The translations under genes and the position numbers were made by a program. Shown here piece after piece: positions 55,347 to 64,000 of a stretch of 64,000 nucleotides of DNA. The DNA is from Octopus vulgaris (lineage: Eukaryota), in the NCBI GenBank assembly GCA_951406725.2, contig OX597826.1, positions 25,110,001 to 25,174,000 of the forward strand, in the 5' to 3' direction. Numbering within the stretch: the first letter of the stretch is position 1; every line of letters begins with the position of its first letter. The notes beneath the pieces are model-generated. The model saw only the letters and a program-made list of their open reading frames with translations, did not search any database and was not told the DNA's origin.

Positions 55347-55441
55347 AAGGATATGTTGATGACAGTGACCTCGAAGTTTTTGGCCAGTCCGACGATGGCT
55401 TAGCAGACCAAAACTTCGAGGTCACTTTCAACAATATCCTT
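55347..55441. repeat. ~95-nt inverted repeat
   Basis: Arms AAGGATAT-GTTGA..AGTGACCTCGAAGTTTT / AAAACTTCGAGGTCACT-TTCAAC-AATATCCTT. Confidence 0.85.
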
Positions 55442-55448
55442 ATATATA

Positions 55449-55510
<62 letters not shown>

Positions 55511-55884
55511 TAAAACATTAAACATTTGGAAACATTTATTTGGGATGAAAAACGTTAGGTAATTCTGGGAGCTGTATAACGCTGAGCTGCTGTCAAATTC
55601 CAGTAAAAAAGAAAAAGGCCAAATCACACTGTGGGGGAAATATTCAGTATATATATATACACACACAACTGTATATAATATATATCATAATGATATTTAT
55701 TCTCCGATTTGAAGCGGCAATTTTTAGTTATAAACAAATGACTGAAAAGTGATGAGCTAACCTCAGGCAGAATCGAACTCACAAATCGACGTTTTCATGG
55801 CTCCTTGCGAATCTGATCGGCCAAACGCTCACCAATCAATTTCAGTCACACACACACACACATATATATATATATGTGTGTATG

Positions 55885-56245
55885 CATGTACACGAGCAAA
55901 AGGTCCCCCGTCCAATGGACGGTGCTGAGCTGTCAAACATTTAAACCAAATTTTCTCAAAACAACTTGTCTGACCGTCCCACAGGACTCTTCTTTGAGAA
56001 ACACTGATTTAACCTAAATTTGAGACACCAGTAAAAGAAGAAATAAAGATATACTTTTTTTCTATTCCAAAGAAAAACGATTTCCCACGGCTATATCGAT
56101 CGAATTCTCACCTGGAATCGACTTATACACGCCCTGATACCGTCGGTATCTACATATCAAATTTGAACGCAATCGGATGGAGGATGCCCGAGATCCTAGA
56201 AGCCACACACACACAGAACGGATTTTATATACGAGATATATATAG
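55885..56245 (+). mobile_element. Possible Helitron/Helentron-associated non-autonomous element
   Basis: The 3' pattern 'caaatttgaacgcaatcggatg...agatcctagaag..(ca)n..ttttatata' resembles HINE/DINE-type ends; judged by eye only. Confidence 0.35.
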
Positions 56246-56520
56246 CTAATATTGGATACAACGATTGAGAGCTCAATCTGGTATAAAATGATAACACGTT
56301 TATATAGTTAGCAAGAGGTACAGGGTTCGATTTCCGCCATTGGATTCGTTGTTTTTTTCCATCTCAAATTAGTGTTTACAAATGTTTAATACTGTTATAT
56401 TAAAATATTAGCTGTTTATAATATATTTACATCATATATCTGTACACACACACAAATAGAAACTAAAGAACATATGTCAATATGTTCATGCATATATACA
56501 CACATAAGAACAGACGGTAT

Positions 56521-56551
<31 letters not shown>

Positions 56552-56724
56552 CAGAGAGAGAGAGGGGGAGAGACACACACATACACGTATAAACATATAA
56601 CATGTGCATATATATACACATATACATAAGTATGTATATACACACATTATATTGTGACTATGTATGAGTGTAAAAATGATTGCGTATGCAAACTTGTTAC
56701 ATTTAAAACAAAATAAAAAACAGT

Positions 56725-57097
56725 AATATATATATATATAACACATATATATAACATATATATATATATGTATATAACATATATATATATATATAACATA
56801 TATATATATGTGTATATATATATAACATATATTACACACATATATATATTATATATATATATATGTTACATATATATATTTATATATATATTACATACAT
56901 ATATATATATTACATACATATATATATATTACATACATATATATATTACATACATATATATATATTACATACATATATATATATATTACATACATATATA
57001 TATATATTACATATATATATATATTACATACATATATATATATATTACATACATATATATATATATTACATATATATATATATTACATACATATATA

Positions 57098-57129
<32 letters not shown>

Positions 57130-57565
57130 TGCATACATATATATATTACATACATATATATATATATATATATTACATACATATATATATATATTACATA
57201 CATATATATATTACATACATATATATATATTACATACATATATATATATATTACATATATATATATATATATATATTACATACATATATATATTACATAC
57301 ATATATATATATATATATTACATACATATATATATTACATACATATATATATATATTACATACATATATATATATATTACATATATATATTACATATATA
57401 TATATTACATATATATATTACATATATATATTACATATATATATATTACATATATATATATATATAATACATATATGTATTACATGTATATATATATATA
57501 TATGGATAAATATACTACATATATATATATACATATATATATATACATACATACATATATATATA
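56725..57565. repeat. Compound (TA)n/TTACATACA satellite
   Basis: Low-complexity array; source of several spurious ORFs. Confidence 0.97.
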
Positions 57566-57816
57566 CGTAATTACAGTGAAATGGAATGTGAAAATATTGA
57601 AAAGACTCATGAGTTGCCTGTGATTAATGAAAGACAGAACAGAATGATGGACACTCATCATTCTTTACTCCACCTCATTAGCATCAATGTTGTTTTGTCA
57701 TTATAATTATGATTATCACCCCTGATTGTATAAAAGTACAATATCTTTAAATAATAAACCAAATCTTTGCAATACAGGCTGATGTCCACCATCGTGTGAT
57801 TATGTACGTGTGTGGA

Positions 57817-57848
<32 letters not shown>

Positions 57849-58420
57849 AGGTTTGTTTTAAAACAAAAAAAGGACATTAAAATAAGTAGACAGACAGGTA
57901 TACAAATAGATAGATAGACAAACAAATAGATATTAAAAACTGATATGTAGATAGATAGATTCACATATGTAGACGTTCTAGAGTTTTTGAAAGAGGAAGA
58001 GGTGTAAGTATGTGTATGCATGCATATGCATATATGTGTGTGTGTGTGTGTACCCACGCATATATTTGTAACGAGTGTGAAAGAGAAAGACGAAGAGAGG
58101 GAGGAAAAGAATAGATTGAGAGATATAGAAGGAATGAAAAAGATACAAGAAAGACTGCATGTAGAGGTAGGAATGAATTGTGAGATGTATATATATATAT
58201 ATAGAGAGAGAGAGAGACAAAGAGAAAGAGTAACACAAAAAGAATTTGTACAAACGTTTTAGGTTTCCTGAAAATTGGTAAAGCAATCAATAATATTTTC
58301 GTCTTACTAATTTACTTTCAACAGGCTTCAATTACTTCCTTCTTTCACACTATTCAATTATTTGTTTTTTATTAAAAAAATTTTTTTTTCGTTATTTAAT
58401 ATTTATTTTTTTAATTAATT

Positions 58421-58498
58421 TTACTTGTCTTTGCGGGTGAAGGTGTTGTGTTCGAAATAAGCTGGGTGGCTGGGTTGCGATGAGGCGATTGGGCGCAG
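58421..58498 (-). CDS. Candidate exon of the unidentified minus-strand gene (LRPIASSQPSHPAYFEHNTFTRKDK* in phase 0)
   Basis: GC-rich segment starting right after attgtcttgaccggtcag|, followed by an AT-rich stretch with AATAAA; all three frames are open for about 25 codons. Confidence 0.35.
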   Translation of the reverse strand: MRPIASSQPSHPAYFEHNTFTRKDK

Positions 58499-59258
58499 CT
58501 GACCGGTCAAGACAATGTTTTAGTGACAGAAGCGAATACACAGATACAGACACACACACACACACGTATATGCAGGAATATACATATACAGATGGGATGA
58601 GAAAGGAAGAGAGTGAGACATCACAATTTATTAAGTGAACACGATTAACGTGAACACTTTTCTTCTCATATACATAGAAAGAAACACAGAAGGAAAGGGA
58701 AGGAGAGAGAGAGAGAAAAAGAAGGATTACAATTTGTTAGACTGAAATAAACACTTTCCTTCTCCTACACATAGAGAGAGAGAGAGACAGAGAGAGGAAG
58801 ACAGAAACAAAAAAGAGAGGGAGAGAGACAGAGAGAAAACGAGAGAAGCATTAAGACGAGGGAAACATTAAAATGTCTGATGTCAAATAAGTCAGCATCG
58901 AATTAGCGACGCCAAATAAGCAGCGCCTTAACAACTGTGCCAAAACGTCTCATACCCTTTTTCGGTTTAGCTGCATTTTTATATACAAGGCAATGAAAAA
59001 CAAGAGGCAGTAGCAGCAACAACAACAATAACAATTAAAGGCAGCCATATTGAATGAAAGAAAGGAACAAAGGAATTAGGTTTCTTTTCTGCTGTTTTTT
59101 TTTTTGTTTTTTCATGAAAATAAATATTTTAAAAAATATATAAAAATTAATCTAAATAAAGACGCACTCATAAAGTGCACAATATATTCAAAAAGAATGA
59201 AAAATGGAGCAATTGGTCTGATGTCCCTTCAATATATATAAGTAATTATATATATATA

Positions 59259-59469
59259 CGAGGGGTGCTGAAAAATTCCTGGCTTCAAAGTTGTCACAAA
59301 AAGCCTAACTGGAGGCCCTACCTTCCGTGTTCTTTTATAGGGCTTAGAAAAACTGAAGGTTTACTGCAATAAGTGTATGAATCTGAGAAGGGAATATGTT
59401 GAATAAAATCATAATTAACAGATCCTATTTTCTTTTACGAAAAGCCAAGAACTTTTCAACACTCCCTCG
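59259..59469. mobile_element. Mariner-derived MITE (211 bp)
   Basis: TA|CGAGGGGTGCTGAAAAATTCCTGGCTT ... AAGCCAAGAACTTTTCAACACTCCCTCG|TA. Confidence 0.85.
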
Positions 59470-60139
59470 TATAATTATATATATTCTATATATAATTATA
59501 CTTATATATCATTTATATTGTATGTTTATTATATATAATGCAATATGTGTGTGTGTCTACGTGTACGATGTATGTTTGCATGTGTATGCGTATTTATACG
59601 CATGCTAGTCTTAGAGATATGCATGTTCCATGTTCGATTCTAGGTCAGTGTTCATTTAAAACGAAAAAGAAAAACAGAAAATAAATTAAATTAAACAAAC
59701 AACAAAACTTCATGCATCAGTAGAAGAGCAGAAGAGTAAGAGGAGGGACGGAAGGCTGTGAGGGAGAAGAGGGCAAAATGATAATAATCTCATGGGTTGG
59801 GGCAGACAGCAGTGGTAGTGGTGGTGGTGGTTGTAATGATGTTGCTGATAGTGGTTGTGGTAATATCAGTAGTTGCTGTAATGATAGCGGTCGAGTGGAT
59901 GGTATCGGCGGTGGTGTGACACCATAACGGGTACTGGTGTGGATGATAACATAGTGTTGGCGGTAGTGATGATGACAGCATAGTATAGGTGGTAGTACAA
60001 TGCTATAAGCATTGCCGACAATGCACGAACACAATGGGCAGTTGCCTGGAAGGTGGGGTAACTCCCACACAAACACCAGGTCTAAGGGCTCAACGATAAT
60101 CTATGTAACTATGGCTTGCCGTCAAATATTCTTTTCTAC

Positions 60140-60730
60140 TCTAGGCACAAAGCCCGAAATTTTGGGGAGGGGGTCAGTCGATTAGATCGACTCCCAGTAT
60201 GCAACTGGTACTTAATTTATCGACCCCGAAAGGATGAAAGGCAAAGTCAATCTCGGCGGAATTTGAAATCAGAACGTAAAGACAGACGAAATACCGCTGA
60301 GCACTTCGCCCGGCGTGCTAACGTTTCTTATTTCTTTATTGCCCACAAGGGGCTAAACATAGAGGGGACAAACAAGGGATTAAGTCGATTAGATCGACCC
60401 CAGTGCGTAACTGGAACTTAATTTATCGACCCCGAAAGAATGAAAGGCAAAGTCGACCTCGGCGGAATTTGAACTAAGAACGTAACAGCAGACGAAATAT
60501 CTATTTCTTTACTACCCACAAGAGGTTAAACACAGAGAGGATAAACAAGGACAGACAAACGGATTAAGTCGGTTATATCGATCCCAGTGCGTAACTGGTA
60601 CTTATTTAATCGACCCCGAAAGTGTGAAAGGCAAAGTCGACCTCGGCGGAATTTGAACTCAGAACGTGGCGGCAGACGAAATACCGCTAAGCATTTCGCC
60701 CGGCGTGCTAACGTTTCTGCCAGCTCGCTG
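60140..60730 (-). mobile_element. Nested or tandem SINE cluster (three partial units)
   Basis: 'aactggtacttaatttatcgaccccgaaaggatgaaaggcaaagtc' occurs three times. Confidence 0.85.
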
Positions 60731-61774
60731 CTTTTTGTCCTACTTCTAATAGGTCAAGTCAGTAATGGTGTTATAAATTTAGCACCAAGTCTACACTGAT
60801 CAAGCAATCATAAGATTAGAGTTATTCCGACCATAACCATCCCATCTTTTAAAGACACTCCATTTTAAACTACATTATTCAAAGAGTCATTCCTTTAATT
60901 TTTCAAAACTGATAAGGTGCTATTTCAGCAGAATTTGGTCGTTATTTTCAGTATGTTGAGTAAGTACTTAAAGGCTCCATCTCTCACTGACTTGTCGATA
61001 ATTTTTATTGTTTCGCTTCAGGTCAACCCAGAGAAACAGCAAGGCCAAAATAAAACTTCTTTTTTAAGCCCTGGCAAGAGGGTGGGATACATCCTCAAAA
61101 GCCAAGGGATAGGTGTTACTTTTTCATTTAGTTTTTTTTTTGAAGTGAGTTCAACAAATACTCATGAGCCCTTGTTTGGCCTCTGGACCAATGTACCAGC
61201 TTAACACCCACCCTCTTTTTTTATATTTACTTAGCCAGAGAGCAAGAGCAATATTCATATTTATCAGGGCTTCTATGACTGGTGAAAGAGAGGGAAGATG
61301 GAAAGTACCCTAAATTTAGAGACATGGTCTGAATGGTTGTAACAGGGTACAATCCCTCCACAAAGAGCACCCACGGTACCAAGTGTCGGCATTAAACTAA
61401 GCGAGGTCATTATCATATTAAGATTCACTTTTCTATGATCTCATGTTTCAGACAGAATTCATTGAAGCATTTTTTTACAGTCTGATGCCCTTCTTGTTGC
61501 TGACCCTCTCTTGTTTCCTAGCAACATAATATTCGCCCTCGACTGGACATGGTTTTCAAGGAAGATTGATAATGAACGATACCACTTGTATGATGGTGAC
61601 ATTTACAAATACCATGTAATGTCAGGACAAAGACACACAAACGCATATGCATATATATATATACACACACACATATTATATATACTCATATATCATATAT
61701 ACGTATATATATAAATATCATACATACGTATATATATATATATATATATATACATACATATTATATATACATAC

Positions 61775-61812
<38 letters not shown>

Positions 61813-63141
61813 ATACACACACACATAAATGTTTATGTAATTCTGCATATTTCTGGGCATGGCTTCTCAACCTCAAACCATATTACATTTGATATGTATA
61901 TATTCATACACACAAATAGTCATATTATACATATACGATGGTCTCTCAGGTTCTGTGAATCAAATCTACTCACAAAATTTGGGTTGGCCTGGGTGAAGAG
62001 CAGAAAACACTTGCCCAACGGTGTCGTACATTGGGATTGAACTTGAAACCACATGGTTGGAAAGCAAACTTCTTAAACCACACGACCATGCCTGTACATA
62101 TGTAAAACAAGGAATGTAATGTAAAATTTAGGATGAAGATGCTGTGTAGAGGGGGGGAGACACAAAAGATGCTTTCAAAAGTCAAATAAATTTTTTTTAA
62201 AAAGCAATAAAAAATTAAAAATAAACAAAACAAAAACACACCGAAATATAGGACAAAAACTTTCAGTAAAAAATGAGAAAAATTAAATTATCTTACTGTA
62301 AGCTTCTTTTTTTTATTTATTTACTTTTTTAATATTTTATATTTTTTGTTTATTTTTTTTTCATAATCATCACCATCGTTATCATCATCACAATTAATGT
62401 CCTCATTAATTAATATTGCATCACATTATCACTATCGTCATCATCATCATCACCATTATCATCACAAAATTCATCACTTAAAGTAAACGTGCATACGTTA
62501 AGTATGTATGTATATATATATGTGTATTGTTAAATATGTGTAGATATATACATTTACACGCACACATGTACATATATATACACAGAAAAAAACACACACA
62601 CATTATCACTACCATCTTTTTACGTCCATTTTTCAATTTGGGCATGGTTTGGGTGGATTGTCACAAACCAAGTCAGTTGTACATGCACATGTATATATAT
62701 GCGTGCGTGCATGTATGTGTGTGGTATACTTCAGCAAACTGAAATCGTCATTCAATGAAACCGCTATGAACTCAGTATAATAATACTTGCAAACCACAGC
62801 TTTCATCATATACACACATAAATATATGCATTGATGTACACAAGGTTGTGTGTGAGTTGCATTTAAGGATGTATGCATGTACGAATAACAAAACTTTCAG
62901 TACCTATGAATAAATAAATAAACTAAAAAATAATTCTATCGTTTCTTCTGACTAATCTTATTATTATTATTAGCATTATTACCAATACATAGATATATAT
63001 ATATACACATACACACATATATATATATAAATTGACAGAATGAGATAAAAAAATCCAAGGCTGTAAATAATTTTCAGAATATTTATAAATGTTCTGAAAA
63101 CTATTTACAGCGTTGGATTTTTTTTTAATCTCATTCTGTGA

Positions 63142-63180
<39 letters not shown>

Positions 63181-63319
63181 TGCTAATACATGACCCACGT
63201 TGGGCTCCTCCCTCGTATCATTATCGAACCTGGAGCTTTACCATGGTCCATCCATAGCACTTACTAAGAGTTACCCAACACGTTTTAAGTCTTCTTGATA
63301 CTAATACCTCTCATAACAT

Positions 63320-64000
<681 letters not shown>

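Noticed and set aside
56768-57706. Long ORFs rich in Y/I/H/T/C/V here and at 4578-5155, 13455-14099, 49219-49689 and 63295-63997
   Set aside because: They are translations of (TA)n, (CA)n, (CTAT)n and (TACA)n microsatellites, which lack stops in some frames.
58421-58498. Assigning the minus-strand gene to the STAR/quaking or muscleblind families
   Set aside because: Only the multi-tail architecture and a few residues are reminiscent; no diagnostic domain lies in the window.
59717-60076. 119-aa proline-rich ORF
   Set aside because: Built on degenerate trinucleotide repeats, with no ATG start and no convincing splice sites.

Overview
This is AT-rich, microsatellite- and transposon-dense animal genomic DNA, most likely a coleoid cephalopod such as Octopus (inferred from a molluscan-type paramyosin and the SINE families). 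Positions 212-16000 (+) hold the last 13 coding exons (808 aa plus stop) of paramyosin, ending in the molluscan SRSMSVSR tail, with a 3' UTR to about 17.1 kb; the 5' end lies before the window. From about 20 to 58.5 kb there is a series of short unique-sequence segments with canonical minus-strand splice sites. They look like the 3' end of an unidentified convergent gene with several alternative C-terminal exons; one carries a strong minus-strand hairpin. Recognisable mobile elements are a DD37D (maT) relic, a full-length but inactivated mariner plus an orphan TIR, a TTAA-flanked piggyBac MITE, and a near-complete dead CR1-type LINE whose 3' end is shared with local SINEs. Also present are L1/Tx1, R4/Dong-type and Penelope relics, several degenerate minimal hammerhead ribozymes, and a 775-bp tandem element. 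The most striking structure is three clustered copies of a foldback MITE with 8-bp TSDs that carries TTAGGG telomeric repeats. Most ORFs in the supplied track are microsatellite artefacts. All calls were made by eye, with no database search.
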